Assembly: GCA_965209235.1 (NCBI GenBank)
Contig: OZ242382.1
Location: forward strand, 943,010 to 1,007,009
From: Gammaproteobacteria bacterium
Lineage (GTDB): Bacteria; Pseudomonadota; Gammaproteobacteria; G965209235
Reading direction: 5' to 3'
DNA: 64,000 nt
The notes under the pieces are model-generated. The model worked only from the letters and a program-made list of their open reading frames with translations. It did not search any database and was not told the DNA's origin. Positions 8,146 through 17,984 of the stretch are shown here, piece after piece (position 1 is the stretch's first letter; each line of letters opens with the position of its first letter). The translations under genes were made by a program, and so were the position numbers.

Positions 8146-9510
8146 TTGGGTGCGTATTGTCGCACACTGACACTGTCCTTACTGTGCTTGCTAACAGCGT
8201 CTACGGCGATGGCTCAGTCGCTTCAGATTGACGCGGTAACGAGAGCCTTGGGTGACACCGTGGTGATTAAGGCGAAGGAGCGCGGTGGTGATGAACGCAC
8301 CTTGTATGGCGCCCGCCTGAAGAACGGGCAAATCGTCGCAAGTTGCGAGGCTTTAGGCGGAACAACATCCATTAGTCTGGCGTCCGCTATGGACCCGTTG
8401 AAGCAGATTGGCGCTGTGCCCATCGGCACAGACTGGGTGCGCGATGTTTGTCGTTACAACCCGGCTCGTTCTGAATCCAACCGCTTGGCGACCCCTACGC
8501 TCGGTGCCGAGGTATTTCCATACCCCGACATTGGAAAACGCCTCATCGCGATGAAGTTGCAAGACGGTGAGACGTCGTTGACATTTGTCTCTCTCCAAGC
8601 GATCAGCCACGCATTTGGGCGCATGCACTGGCTCCTGTTGGGTGTCGGTGACTTTTCGCCGACCAGTCCACTGTTTGATCTTGATGGCAACTTGCTGGGA
8701 TTTGTCAGCCGGTATCGCACCGATGATGGGTTGATTGTGGCGTATCCGTTGATGGATCAGGTGTGGTACAAAACACCGGCGACCAAACCGAACGGAGTCG
8801 AGCGTGTGGCTCGGGACTTTTGGTTGACGGGACTCTCCATGCATGATGATCCGGGCCGTCTTGTGAGGCACTGCGAGAGCTGGGCGACCGTCGCGGCGGC
8901 CATGGATATGAGTGCGGTCGCAGATATGACCGTCGAGGCGCTCATCTGCCATGCCATCGCGCAGGCGGAGGATGATCCGCAGACTGCGGCTGCATCAGCC
9001 ACGGCGCTCTTAGAGGTGTTCTCGATGGGTGGCCGCACGGTTGTGCGGGAATACCTGTTGGCGCAGTTGTACACCACAGCTGGGCTGTTCGAGGAGGCGC
9101 GCGCCACGTGGCAAGCTATCCTGAGGCATGAGCCGCGCCACGTGCCCACGCTCTTGGCCTATGGCACCAACCTAGTGGCAGAAGCGAGAGGCCAGTCTTT
9201 CGCTCGCGCCATTGATGTCCTTCATCGCGCGGCAATCCTGACTGGATTCGGCGATCAAGTCATCGTGGTGAACTATGGCTGGTCGCTCGTGTTTGGTGGT
9301 GACGTGGAGAAGGCGAAAGCCGTTTTTAGCAATGGACTTGAGAAGTTTGGTCCTATTCCGCGCCTTGTCTTAGGGCTGGGACGCGTGGCCTGTACTCTTG
9401 GCGATCAACAATTGGCATTGGAGCAGTACGAAACCTTGAAGAGACAACGTTCAGCCTACGCGGATCGCCTGTACACCCAGTGCATTGCGAAGCTTTCGTC
9501 CCATGGCTAG
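8146..9510 (+). CDS. secreted protein with a C-terminal TPR-like helical repeat region and an N-terminal domain faintly resembling a degenerate trypsin-like fold
   Basis: I chose the TTG 8146 start because it gives a signal peptide (CRTLTLSLLCLLTASTAMA|QS) and avoids overlap with the divergent gene. The C-terminal half is Ala/Leu-rich helical repeats. 'GDFSPTSPLFDLDGNLLGFVS' recalls the GDSGGPL.D..G..VG block. Confidence 0.55.
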   Translation: MGAYCRTLTLSLLCLLTASTAMAQSLQIDAVTRALGDTVVIKAKERGGDERTLYGARLKNGQIVASCEALGGTTSISLASAMDPLKQIGAVPIGTDWVRDVCRYNPARSESNRLATPTLGAEVFPYPDIGKRLIAMKLQDGETSLTFVSLQAISHAFGRMHWLLLGVGDFSPTSPLFDLDGNLLGFVSRYRTDDGLIVAYPLMDQVWYKTPATKPNGVERVARDFWLTGLSMHDDPGRLVRHCESWATVAAAMDMSAVADMTVEALICHAIAQAEDDPQTAAASATALLEVFSMGGRTVVREYLLAQLYTTAGLFEEARATWQAILRHEPRHVPTLLAYGTNLVAEARGQSFARAIDVLHRAAILTGFGDQVIVVNYGWSLVFGGDVEKAKAVFSNGLEKFGPIPRLVLGLGRVACTLGDQQLALEQYETLKRQRSAYADRLYTQCIAKLSSHG

Positions 9511-10711
9511 CAACGCAGGAATCGTGATTGTTGGCGGCGGTCATGCCGGCGCAATGGCGGCTCGTCAACTGAGAACACTGAACTACGAAGGACCCGTCAC
9601 CATCGTGTGCGGAGAGGCGGTTCTTCCGTACCACCGTCCGCCGTTGTCCAAGGACATGTTGCTGTCTGAAGCTGACACGTCACCGAAGTCTTTGTACGCC
9701 GAAGAGGTGTACCACAAGAACAACATTCACGTCATCGTGGGACACACCGTGTCTGCGGTGGTCCATTCGCGCAAGACGCTGGTGCTGGATAACGGGGTGC
9801 ATCTCCCATACGGCACCTTGATCTTTGCATACGGCGGGCAAGCGTTTCGCCCGCCCATCCCTGGGTGTGACGACCCGCGCGTGTTGTCGCTGCGTTCGTT
9901 CGCTGACCTCGACAAGGTGCGCGCCATCGCGGGTCATCAGTCCAGTGTGACGATCATGGGCGCGGGTTTCATTGGGCTTGAAGTGGCGGCCGGTCTGCGG
10001 CAGCGCAATGTCGAAGTCACGATTTTGGAGATGCAATCGCAGGTCCTCTCACGTTCTGCAAGCCCACGGCTAGCAACGCAGGTTGCCCAGTGGCATACGG
10101 ACCACGGAGTGAAGTTGCGCTTGAATGAACGTGTCATGGGTTTTGAAACCGACGCAAACGGTCAGTTAGCCAGCACACTGGCTGACGGAAGCCGCGTTTT
10201 GGCTGACGCGGCGATTATGGGCGCAGGGATGGCTGTGGACTTAGCGTTACCTCGGCAAGTCGGATGTGAGGTGACGACGGGGATTCACGTCGATCTTGTG
10301 GGTGCAACATCTGTGCCAGATGTTTTCGCGATTGGCGATTGTTCGATCGGCCCGACCACCCGGTACGGCTCGATGCGACTGGAGTCAATTTCCTCGGCGC
10401 AAGCGCAAGCCAAGAGGCTGGCAGCGACGCTGGCAGATGTTGAGATACCTTCACTTGAAACGCTGTGGTTCTGGACGGATCAATACAGCCATAAGGTGCA
10501 GATTGCGGGCATTCGATCAGGCGACGAAGAATCGCACTATCGCGGGGATAACATGATGTTTCATGTGAAGGATGGTGATCTCGTGGCGTGTGAGTGTGTG
10601 GATAGCGCGAGAGAGTTTCGCGTCATTCGGGCTGCTATGGATCGCCATGCACCCGTGAACGTTGCGCAATTAGCTGATGTTGAGGTCCCGCTGGCAGAAA
10701 TCTTCGGATAG
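9503..10711 (+). CDS. NAD(P)/FAD-dependent oxidoreductase (ferredoxin/rubredoxin reductase-like)
   Basis: There are two Rossmann motifs, 'IVIVGGGHAGAMAA' and 'VTIMGAGFIGLEVAA', plus 'AIGDC'. The 402-aa size fits pyridine nucleotide-disulfide oxidoreductase class I reductases. Confidence 0.8.
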   Translation: MASNAGIVIVGGGHAGAMAARQLRTLNYEGPVTIVCGEAVLPYHRPPLSKDMLLSEADTSPKSLYAEEVYHKNNIHVIVGHTVSAVVHSRKTLVLDNGVHLPYGTLIFAYGGQAFRPPIPGCDDPRVLSLRSFADLDKVRAIAGHQSSVTIMGAGFIGLEVAAGLRQRNVEVTILEMQSQVLSRSASPRLATQVAQWHTDHGVKLRLNERVMGFETDANGQLASTLADGSRVLADAAIMGAGMAVDLALPRQVGCEVTTGIHVDLVGATSVPDVFAIGDCSIGPTTRYGSMRLESISSAQAQAKRLAATLADVEIPSLETLWFWTDQYSHKVQIAGIRSGDEESHYRGDNMMFHVKDGDLVACECVDSAREFRVIRAAMDRHAPVNVAQLADVEVPLAEIFG

Positions 10712-10828
10712 TCGTCGCGCACGAAAAGTGAGATCGGACCTAGAATCTGCAACGGTTCATCCGGCCCCTGACTTCGGCAAGTCGCACGCGAGTGCGCGCA
10801 TTTCCTGCCGATTGGCTTAGTGCATCCT

Positions 10829-12127
10829 ATGGTGTTATCCCACGCGACATGTGAGGCTGTCTCTCGCGGACATCCTGACAAAATTGCTGATCAGCTTTCA
10901 GATCTGACCCTTGACTTGTGGTTTCGTCAGTGCAGCAGCGCTGACTTGATAACTGGGCGGGAGCGTGCCCGCGGCGCTGTAGAAGTGCTTGTGACAGGTG
11001 CTGCACCGGGCTCTAGCGGTGCAGGGATCTCGACTGAGATTGGTAGTGGACCGCCGGTGGTAGTTGTGGTGGCTGGCGAAATTGGACGCCAATGGCAGAG
11101 TGACGCAGAGTTCACAGAAGCATCGGCAGAGCTCAAGTCCGCCTTTGAACACAATGTTGTGCGCTTTTTCGTCGATCTCGCCGCCGGCGCGCCTGAGTTC
11201 ATCCCAAAAACGCTTCATGTGACGTGGCTCATTCAAAAGCAATCGGTTGAGATTGCGGAGCCAGTCAATGGCCAAGCGGATGTGGACTTGGGCGCGGGGG
11301 ATCAGGGCATCGTCGTCGGATACGCCACCAACGAGACAGACACGTTCTTACCCATCCCACTGCATTGCGCGCGCACGGTGTTGAGATATCAGCGGCGCGC
11401 TCTTGAATCAGGGGGGGAGCTGCATGCTGAACTTGGACCAGATGCCAAGACGCAAGCGACGATTTGTCATGGCGATGGTGAGAGCCATCTGACCACGCTG
11501 ATCCTGTCAACCCAGCACAGCATGCGGTGGCGTGAGGATGATCAGCATGACATGCTTAAGCAGCGCATCTTGGAATTCGTGGTGAAGCCAGCCTTGGCTG
11601 ACCTGTCCAAAACACTGAATGTTTCACGTGCTGATGTGAAGATTAATGAAGCTGGGACGTTTGTTCTGGGCGGTCCCGCAGCTGACTGTGGTCTCACAGG
11701 TCGCAAGATCGTGACCGATGCCTATGGCCCACAGGTGCCGGTTGGCGGCGGCGCGTTCTCGGGGAAGGATCCGTCGAAAGTGGATCGCTCAGCGGCGTAC
11801 GCTGCTCGTCAGTTTGCGCGGCATGTGGTTGAGTCGGGACGAGCCGCGAAGTGCCGGGTGGAAATCGCCTTTGCGATTGGTGGCGCCGAGCCGGTGTCAG
11901 TGGAAGTGGAGACATTTCACACAGCCAAAGGACTGTCCGATAGCGACATTGCGAAGGCGATCCGACAGCGCTACGGTACCGTTCAGGAATCCATTCAGTC
12001 ACTCAACTTATTCCATCAGTTGTCGTTTGCTGAAACGGCATCGGATGGGCACATGGGCCGAGACTTCCCATGGGAGCGTCCCGATCCGCGCTTTGAGAAT
12101 TTGCTATCGTCCATCGAGGTTGTATGA
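10829..12127 (+). CDS. metK: S-adenosylmethionine synthetase (divergent, with extra N-domain segments)
   Basis: '[14 protein letters not shown]', '[16 protein letters not shown]', '[13 protein letters not shown]' and '[22 protein letters not shown]' support the call. ATG 10829 gives the normal spacing before GHPDK. Confidence 0.9.
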   Translation: MVLSHATCEAVSRGHPDKIADQLSDLTLDLWFRQCSSADLITGRERARGAVEVLVTGAAPGSSGAGISTEIGSGPPVVVVVAGEIGRQWQSDAEFTEASAELKSAFEHNVVRFFVDLAAGAPEFIPKTLHVTWLIQKQSVEIAEPVNGQADVDLGAGDQGIVVGYATNETDTFLPIPLHCARTVLRYQRRALESGGELHAELGPDAKTQATICHGDGESHLTTLILSTQHSMRWREDDQHDMLKQRILEFVVKPALADLSKTLNVSRADVKINEAGTFVLGGPAADCGLTGRKIVTDAYGPQVPVGGGAFSGKDPSKVDRSAAYAARQFARHVVESGRAAKCRVEIAFAIGGAEPVSVEVETFHTAKGLSDSDIAKAIRQRYGTVQESIQSLNLFHQLSFAETASDGHMGRDFPWERPDPRFENLLSSIEVV

Positions 12128-13500
12128 ACAAAGAAATCCCCACCCAGGGGCATAACCAGCCCTTCAAAGTTGCAGACATTGGCTTAGCCGCTGAGGGTCG
12201 ACTTGATATTTCGCTGGCTGAGGCCGAGATGCCTGCGCTCATGCAGATTAGGGAGCAGTACCGAGAAGCAGCGCCTCTCAAAGGCGCCAAGATCGCAGGG
12301 AGTCTGCATATGACCGTGCAGACGGCTGTGTTGATTGAGACCTTGCAGGCCCTTGGTGCCGAGGTGAAGTGGAGCTCCTGTAATCCCTACAGCACACAAG
12401 ATCATGCCGCAGCGGCCGTGGCCGTTAAAGGCACGTCCATCTATGCGTGGAAAGGCGAAACTGACGCAGAATACGACTGGTGCTTGCGCCAAACCCTCGT
12501 CAGTGATGATGGGTGGGTGCCCAATCTGATTTTGGACGACGGTGCGGATCTCAGCATTGTGGCTCACGAAGAGTACGCATCTCTCCTCGATGGCGTGCAT
12601 GGCATTTCAGAAGAAACCACCACGGGTGTCCGTCGTTTGCGCGCGATGGCTGAAAACGGCGACCTCAAGGTTCCTGTTATTGACGTGAATGCGTCGGTGA
12701 CCAAGTGTAAAAACGACAACCGTTACGGCTGCCGGCATAGCCTCAACGATGCCATCAAGCGAGGCACCGACATTCTCATTAGTGGGAAGCGTGCACTTGT
12801 CATTGGATACGGTGAAGTTGGGAAGGGCTCCGCGGCCAGTTTGCGCCAGGAAGGCGCAATCGTGACGATCTGTGAAGTGGATCCCATTTGTGCCATGCAA
12901 GCAGCGCTGGATGGCTATTTGGTGGATTCTCCCTATGTCGATGGCGACCCGAAGGCTGGCGTCAACAGCAGCCTTCTTCGCCACATGGACTTTGTGATCA
13001 CCGCGACCGGTGGTTGTGGGGTCATGACGTCGGCGATGGTGCAAGCGCTAAAGGCTGGCTGCGTGCTGGCCAACATCGGACATTTCGATACCGAGATTGA
13101 AGTGGCACAGCTGCGCGACGCTTGTCGCTGGGAGCAGATCAAGCCTCACGTTCATCGTCTTTGGCGGGATGATGGCTCTTGGGTGATTTTGCTGGCCGAA
13201 GGACGGCTTGTGAATCTCGCCAATGCCACCGGTCATCCGTCGCGCGTGATGGATGGCTCGTTTGCGAATCAGGTGCTGGCCCAAATTCAGCTCTACACCG
13301 ATGGATTCGCTCGCCTCCCCACTCAGTCTCGCGCAGAACAGGTGATCGTAACGCCCATGCCACGGTCTCTAGATGAAGAAGTGGCCCGAGCGATGGTGCG
13401 AGGTTTCGGTGGAACGATGACTCATATGACACAAGAACAGGCCGACTACCTCGGCATTGATGTGGCTGGACCATACAAGCGTTCGGACTACATGTATTGA
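12124..13500 (+). CDS. ahcY: adenosylhomocysteinase
   Basis: The 458-aa protein has '[27 protein letters not shown]', the NAD-binding '[10 protein letters not shown]' and the C-terminal 'YKRSDYMY'. Its start overlaps the metK stop (ATGA). Confidence 0.95.
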   Translation: MNKEIPTQGHNQPFKVADIGLAAEGRLDISLAEAEMPALMQIREQYREAAPLKGAKIAGSLHMTVQTAVLIETLQALGAEVKWSSCNPYSTQDHAAAAVAVKGTSIYAWKGETDAEYDWCLRQTLVSDDGWVPNLILDDGADLSIVAHEEYASLLDGVHGISEETTTGVRRLRAMAENGDLKVPVIDVNASVTKCKNDNRYGCRHSLNDAIKRGTDILISGKRALVIGYGEVGKGSAASLRQEGAIVTICEVDPICAMQAALDGYLVDSPYVDGDPKAGVNSSLLRHMDFVITATGGCGVMTSAMVQALKAGCVLANIGHFDTEIEVAQLRDACRWEQIKPHVHRLWRDDGSWVILLAEGRLVNLANATGHPSRVMDGSFANQVLAQIQLYTDGFARLPTQSRAEQVIVTPMPRSLDEEVARAMVRGFGGTMTHMTQEQADYLGIDVAGPYKRSDYMY

Positions 13501-13501
13501 G

Positions 13502-13636
13502 ATGATCAAGCTTGTGTGTTGCGCGCTTCTGGTGTGTATGACGGTCGGCTGTGCGAAAGTGGCGCCACTGGAGTGGCCGCAGGAATCAGAAGAGACCGGC
13601 AACGCGGCATCCTTCACACACACGGACCGCCTGTGA
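13502..13636 (+). CDS. lptM: small lipoprotein of the YifL/LptM family (44 aa; below the ORF-track cutoff)
   Basis: MIKLVCCALLVCMTVGC|AKVAPLEWP has a signal peptide with a lipobox-like VGC followed by the family-typical GC.K..PL..P. It lies immediately upstream of dapF, as yifL does in E. coli. Its TGA overlaps the dapF GTG (GTGA). Confidence 0.6.
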   Translation: MIKLVCCALLVCMTVGCAKVAPLEWPQESEETGNAASFTHTDRL

Positions 13637-14409
13637 AACGCTTCGGGAAGTCTTCAGCCTTAAAGCTCTTTAAGGCGCATTGCCTCAGCAACGACTTCTT
13701 GGTCGCTGATGGTGTGTCTCGCCCCTTGGATGTGCAGCGTGACTTTGTCGCGCGCTTGGCCTGTCGTCGCAAGGGACTGGGGTGCGATCAGCTTCTCGTC
13801 ATGCAGCCGCCGCGCCATTCCGGTGATGTGTTGTCAGTGGATGTCTACAACGCGGATGGATCGGTCGCAGGCAATTGCATTAATGGTGGGCGGTGTGTCT
13901 TACTCAGCGCCCTGTCGTTAGGGCTTATTCCGGCGTCGCTCCCGGCCTATTCGTTGCAAATCGGCGATTATCAGGCGCAGTATGTTCGAGATCAGAACGA
14001 TCAAATCGTCGTGCAGACGTATTTGCCAGCCGTGGAAACGCTGTCGGAAGGGCAGTTTCGCGTCGTCGTGGGGAACGAACACATCATTCAAGTCGAGGAT
14101 GCGCTTCGCGCGCCAGCGGCGGATCACAGATATCCGGAAGCGAACGTGACGATTGCTTCACGGATTGGACACGGCGGTGACTATGCGGCCACGGTGTTCG
14201 AACGTGGCACAGGTGAAACGCCCGCCTGTGGAAGTAGCTCACTGGCGCTGGCTGCCACGTTGCAACATATTGGACACAGCCAGAAGCCCTATTCATTGCG
14301 GTACAAGGGAGGCAATGTCTTAGTTTCTTACCCAGAGACAGAGTTGCCGGATGCCGTGCGACTGTCGGCAGAAGCTCATGTCGTGGCTGAGTGCACTGTT
14401 GCGATATGA
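13633..14409 (+). CDS. dapF: diaminopimelate epimerase
   Basis: 'FKAHCLSNDFLV', 'YNADGSVAGNCINGGRC' (first catalytic Cys) and 'FERGTGETPACGSS' (second catalytic Cys) support the call. The GTG 13633 start is coupled to the lptM stop. Confidence 0.9.
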   Translation: MKRFGKSSALKLFKAHCLSNDFLVADGVSRPLDVQRDFVARLACRRKGLGCDQLLVMQPPRHSGDVLSVDVYNADGSVAGNCINGGRCVLLSALSLGLIPASLPAYSLQIGDYQAQYVRDQNDQIVVQTYLPAVETLSEGQFRVVVGNEHIIQVEDALRAPAADHRYPEANVTIASRIGHGGDYAATVFERGTGETPACGSSSLALAATLQHIGHSQKPYSLRYKGGNVLVSYPETELPDAVRLSAEAHVVAECTVAI

Positions 14410-15401
14410 GCGCGTGGGATGATGCCATCGAGCGCTTTAGTGTTTACTTAAAGGCGCGCGATCGTTCGGTTCGCACTCTCGCGGCGTATAGCCGCGACTT
14501 GATCGCGATGTCGCGCTGGATGATCGATCAACGTGTGGCCACTCCTTTGGCGGTGGATCGCGATGACGTGCGCATGTATCTGGCCGCGATGGCGCGCCGT
14601 GGGCTCGCAGTTTCATCGCGTCGAAGGGCTCTTGCGTGTATGCGTTCGTTCTTCAAACATCTGCAAGACATCGGCGTAGCGACGGGCAATCCTGCGCTTC
14701 AAGTCAGGGGTCCCGCGGCTCCGCGCCGACTTCCCAAGACCGTGTTAACGCGCGCTCAGGTGGATCGCATGATTAAACGTGCCGGGCAACCGCTGCGGCG
14801 AAAGCCTGGTCGCAGAGGCCCAAGCCCGCTGCCTGAATGGCAACGTATTCGTGATGTTGCGGTGATTGAGCTGCTCTACGGGTGTGGGCTGCGGGTGGCC
14901 GAGTTGGTCTCTTTGGATATCAACGACATTGAAGCGCACGATGCTGGTTTCGATCTTCATGTGACGGGGAAAAGAGATATTGAGCGCCTGCTACCGCTTG
15001 GAGGCAAGGCGTTGTCGTCGATTGAGCAATGGCTGGAGTATCGTTTCCGCCCCAACACCGCGCAGCGCGGAGAGTCCGCACTGTTTGTGTCAAAGACGGG
15101 GCGGCGATTGTCAGTGAGGGATGTGCAACGCCGCGTGGCCCATTCTGCGGAGCGCGCGCATCTGCCAGGTGTTCACCCGCACGCGCTGCGGCACAGTATT
15201 GGCACTCATCTTCTGGAAGCGTCAGGTGACTTGCGCAGCGTTCAGGCATTCCTAGGCCACACAAACATTGCCTCAACCGCTATCTACACTCACTTGAATG
15301 CGGCGCATCTGAAGCGCGTTCATGCTGAGTCGCATCCCCGGGGACGAAACGCATCCGCCAGCGTGTCACCGGTCACCAAACCCGAGCGCAAAAACAAATG
15401 A
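14406..15401 (+). CDS. xerC: site-specific tyrosine recombinase XerC
   Basis: It has the phage-integrase SAM-like N-domain, 'ELLYGCGLRVAELVSL', 'HPHALRHSIGTHLLE...LRSVQAFLGHTNIASTAIYTH' (R-H-R-Y residues). The dapF-xerC-yigB synteny fits, with an ATGA overlap with dapF. Confidence 0.9.
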   Translation: MSAWDDAIERFSVYLKARDRSVRTLAAYSRDLIAMSRWMIDQRVATPLAVDRDDVRMYLAAMARRGLAVSSRRRALACMRSFFKHLQDIGVATGNPALQVRGPAAPRRLPKTVLTRAQVDRMIKRAGQPLRRKPGRRGPSPLPEWQRIRDVAVIELLYGCGLRVAELVSLDINDIEAHDAGFDLHVTGKRDIERLLPLGGKALSSIEQWLEYRFRPNTAQRGESALFVSKTGRRLSVRDVQRRVAHSAERAHLPGVHPHALRHSIGTHLLEASGDLRSVQAFLGHTNIASTAIYTHLNAAHLKRVHAESHPRGRNASASVSPVTKPERKNK

Positions 15402-16144
15402 CACTGACACCTCAGCCTCCGTGGTCTTTGAATGACATTCGAGTCCTGACCCTTGATCTGGATAACACCGTGTGGCCGATTGAGCCGGTTGTGGAACGTG
15501 CCCAAATTGCTGTCACTGAGCACTTGAAGCGAACCGCGCCTCAAACCACCTCGTATCTCTCGCGCGAAGCGATGCACCGGCTGCGGCAGCGCGTGATTGA
15601 AACGTTCCCCGAGCGAACGCATGACTTTGGCGCAATCCGATACTTGACCATGTATTCGGTCGGACTCGTGTCGGGCATGACGAATGCTGAAGCTGGCCAA
15701 ATGGCGGAAGAGACATTTCGCTTGTTTTATGATCTGCGCAATGAGGTGACTTGTTTTCACGGTGTCGCCGAAGTGCTACCGAAGCTCGCGACGCACTACT
15801 CTCTCGCGGCGCTCACCAACGGCAATGCCGATCTCACCAAGATCACGGATGTCGGGCGGCATATGGATCATCATGTCAACGCGGCGATCGCTGGCCACCT
15901 CAAGCCACATCGCAGAATGTTCGACATGGCGCACCGTCACTTAGACGTGCAACCAGAACAGACGATTCATGTCGGCGATCATGCCGTGGAAGATATCGAG
16001 GCTGCGCGCGCCATTGGCGCGCACGCACTTTGGTTTAATCCCGGCGGCCAACCGTGGCCGTTAAAGACGGCACCTCCCATGATGGCGGGCAGCTGGAGTG
16101 AGGTCGCAGCGCTCTTGCTAGAGCCTCGCGGCGTGGATCAGTAG
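15398..16144 (+). CDS. yigB: HAD-superfamily hydrolase, YigB-like
   Basis: It carries 'LTLDLDNTVW' (DxD motif I), 'ALTNGN' (motif II) and 'HVGDHAVEDIEAA' (motif IV). It sits after xerC, as in E. coli. Confidence 0.75.
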   Translation: MTLTPQPPWSLNDIRVLTLDLDNTVWPIEPVVERAQIAVTEHLKRTAPQTTSYLSREAMHRLRQRVIETFPERTHDFGAIRYLTMYSVGLVSGMTNAEAGQMAEETFRLFYDLRNEVTCFHGVAEVLPKLATHYSLAALTNGNADLTKITDVGRHMDHHVNAAIAGHLKPHRRMFDMAHRHLDVQPEQTIHVGDHAVEDIEAARAIGAHALWFNPGGQPWPLKTAPPMMAGSWSEVAALLLEPRGVDQ

Positions 16145-17610
16145 CGCGTCGACAGATACGTCGCGATCGCGTCCACCTCTCCTTCGAACCACCGGTTGAT
16201 ATGGTCCTCATCCTCCATCAACTGTTTCGTGATGCGCCTAGCGCTCAAAGACAAAGGATTGATGTTGGAGAACGGCGTCGCTTTCGCATTCGGGCGATGA
16301 CAGCCTAAGCAGTCTCGCGCCGCTACGGCACGCGCACCTTTCACAAGATCCGGCTCTGATGGCGCGGTGCCGACATCGCCGAGATGGGCTGCGTCCGGTG
16401 CCACGCGCCAAATGGCCCCACCATAGTCGTCCGACACGTAGATGGCATCATCGGGACCTTGGGTGACATCGACCGGCCGACCAAATACTTCCAAATTGCG
16501 ATTCATGTCTCGCGCTCTTTGGACCGGTTCAACAAAACCCGTCAGGAAGGGACGCTGCTCAATGCGGCCGTCCGGTAGCCAGTGCAGTGACATCACCATG
16601 TACCCTTGACGGGTTTTGCGATTCCATGATCCGTGTAATCCGACAAAGGCCACGTCTTTGAAACCCGGAATGTCGCGGCTGAGAAATTCAATGCTAAGCG
16701 GAGCGGAATGCGCCGCAAAGCCCAAGGCCATGGGTGTGGAGTTGCCGGGATCATGGGATCCAAGATCAGGGTCGAGAACGCTAAAGCCGTTGGCTGTGGG
16801 CCATCCGTAGTAGTTGCCTTCTTCAATTAAGTTGAGCTCACACGCCGGGTAGTCATCGCCTGCCAGGTCCCGTCCGTTATCAACGCCGTACAGCTCGCCG
16901 GTGACAGGATGCCAATCAAAGCCCATCGTATTGCGCAGGCCGGTGGCGAATATTTCGACGGATGGATCAGATTGTTTCGGGTCAAATCTCAGGATCGCGG
17001 CTTGCCAGGGATGTTCTTCAATGCATACGTTACACGTGGAACCCACGTGGAAATACATGTAGCCATCGTGGTACCGCAGGCGGTGACGGGAGTGCCCGCC
17101 GGTGCCGGGGTAGTCGGTAATGACATCAATGCGACTGCCGGAAAGCTCGCCTGTCATGGCATCAAACTTCTGCTTGAAGATCCCAGGTGCTTCAGCAACG
17201 TAGAGGTGGCCATCAAAGACTTCGATGCCGTGGGGATTGTCGAGGCCTGTCATTAAGACACGCGATCCATCGGACTTGCCGTCCCCATCGCGGTCCGCCT
17301 CAACCAACAACAGGTCACCGGTCATGATGACGACAAGAAGATCGCCGCTATCGATCCAACGCATCACACGCGCCGGGCCCAATCCTTGCGCGAAGACAGT
17401 GACCGCATAACCAGAGGGGCCGCTCAGGCGTTCTTGGGCCACCAGCACTTTCTCGTCGGGAGCGCGGTGAATGACCGAATCTAAAGGGACGTTGTATGTG
17501 GCGACAACATTCGATCCAAACACAAATGCACCGATCGCAGCAATGACGATGAGCGCACGTAGGATCCAGTCAATCGCGATGTGTTTCCGTTGATGATCAT
17601 CAGCAATCAT
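16138..17610 (-). CDS. PQQ-dependent sugar (glucose/sorbosone) dehydrogenase family protein with a C-terminal c-type cytochrome domain
   Basis: An N-terminal TM anchor precedes beta-propeller GSDH-like blocks ('GLRNTMGFDWHPVTGELYGVDNGRD', 'NYYGWP'). The C-terminal 'CLGCH' is a heme c attachment site. Confidence 0.8.
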   Translation of the reverse strand: MIADDHQRKHIAIDWILRALIVIAAIGAFVFGSNVVATYNVPLDSVIHRAPDEKVLVAQERLSGPSGYAVTVFAQGLGPARVMRWIDSGDLLVVIMTGDLLLVEADRDGDGKSDGSRVLMTGLDNPHGIEVFDGHLYVAEAPGIFKQKFDAMTGELSGSRIDVITDYPGTGGHSRHRLRYHDGYMYFHVGSTCNVCIEEHPWQAAILRFDPKQSDPSVEIFATGLRNTMGFDWHPVTGELYGVDNGRDLAGDDYPACELNLIEEGNYYGWPTANGFSVLDPDLGSHDPGNSTPMALGFAAHSAPLSIEFLSRDIPGFKDVAFVGLHGSWNRKTRQGYMVMSLHWLPDGRIEQRPFLTGFVEPVQRARDMNRNLEVFGRPVDVTQGPDDAIYVSDDYGGAIWRVAPDAAHLGDVGTAPSEPDLVKGARAVAARDCLGCHRPNAKATPFSNINPLSLSARRITKQLMEDEDHINRWFEGEVDAIATYLSTRY

Positions 17611-17714
17611 GAGTCTTCTCGGTAGGGCAACCGAGTCATATTGTCGGCGAATGAGAGATCAAGTCGCAATTTGTGACGTACACTTCAGCAGACTGCAACG
17701 ACCAACCGAGACTG

Positions 17715-17984
17715 ATGGCTGATCCAACTGTGGGACAAGTCCTGTTACGTGAACTCTTTACTGCTGTAAAAGCTGCGTGTCGCCCCGCTCAAGGTGACTC
17801 GCATCCAATGAGCCGTGGTATTGATGCGGTGGGTCGCAAAGTGGCCGCGACTCTCAATCTTGCGAGCCGCGCGGATATCAGCGCGCAACGCGCAACTCTG
17901 GAGAAAACGGCTCAGGCCGTCTCTGATCTTGAGTCCCGTGTGCGCGCGCCGTCAGCCGATAAGAAGCTCAACGTTACCGAGTGA
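17715..17984 (+). CDS. ubiK: possible ubiquinone biosynthesis accessory factor UbiK (YqiC family)
   Basis: The roughly 89-aa protein ends in the coiled coil 'LNLASRADISAQRATLEKTAQAVSDLESRV', resembling the YqiC '...LDLVSREEFD.Q...L......L..LE.R...LE' block. The start was chosen at ATG 17715. Confidence 0.5.
   Translation: MADPTVGQVLLRELFTAVKAACRPAQGDSHPMSRGIDAVGRKVAATLNLASRADISAQRATLEKTAQAVSDLESRVRAPSADKKLNVTE

Noticed and set aside
10712-10828. A possible SAM, SAH or SAM-SAH riboswitch in the metK leader.
   Set aside because: Only a short 'GCAACGG' resemblance was seen. I could not find the paired conserved cores (for example AGGAGCGCUGC...AACGGCGCUC for SAH). This needs cmscan to be sure.
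14406-15401. A tyrosine recombinase as a marker of an integrated mobile element, possibly using tRNA-Leu (1558-1641) as an att site.
   Set aside because: It sits in conserved dapF-xerC-yigB synteny, so it is the chromosomal dimer-resolution XerC. There are no flanking direct repeats and no phage or IS genes. Nothing integrase-like lies next to the tRNA.
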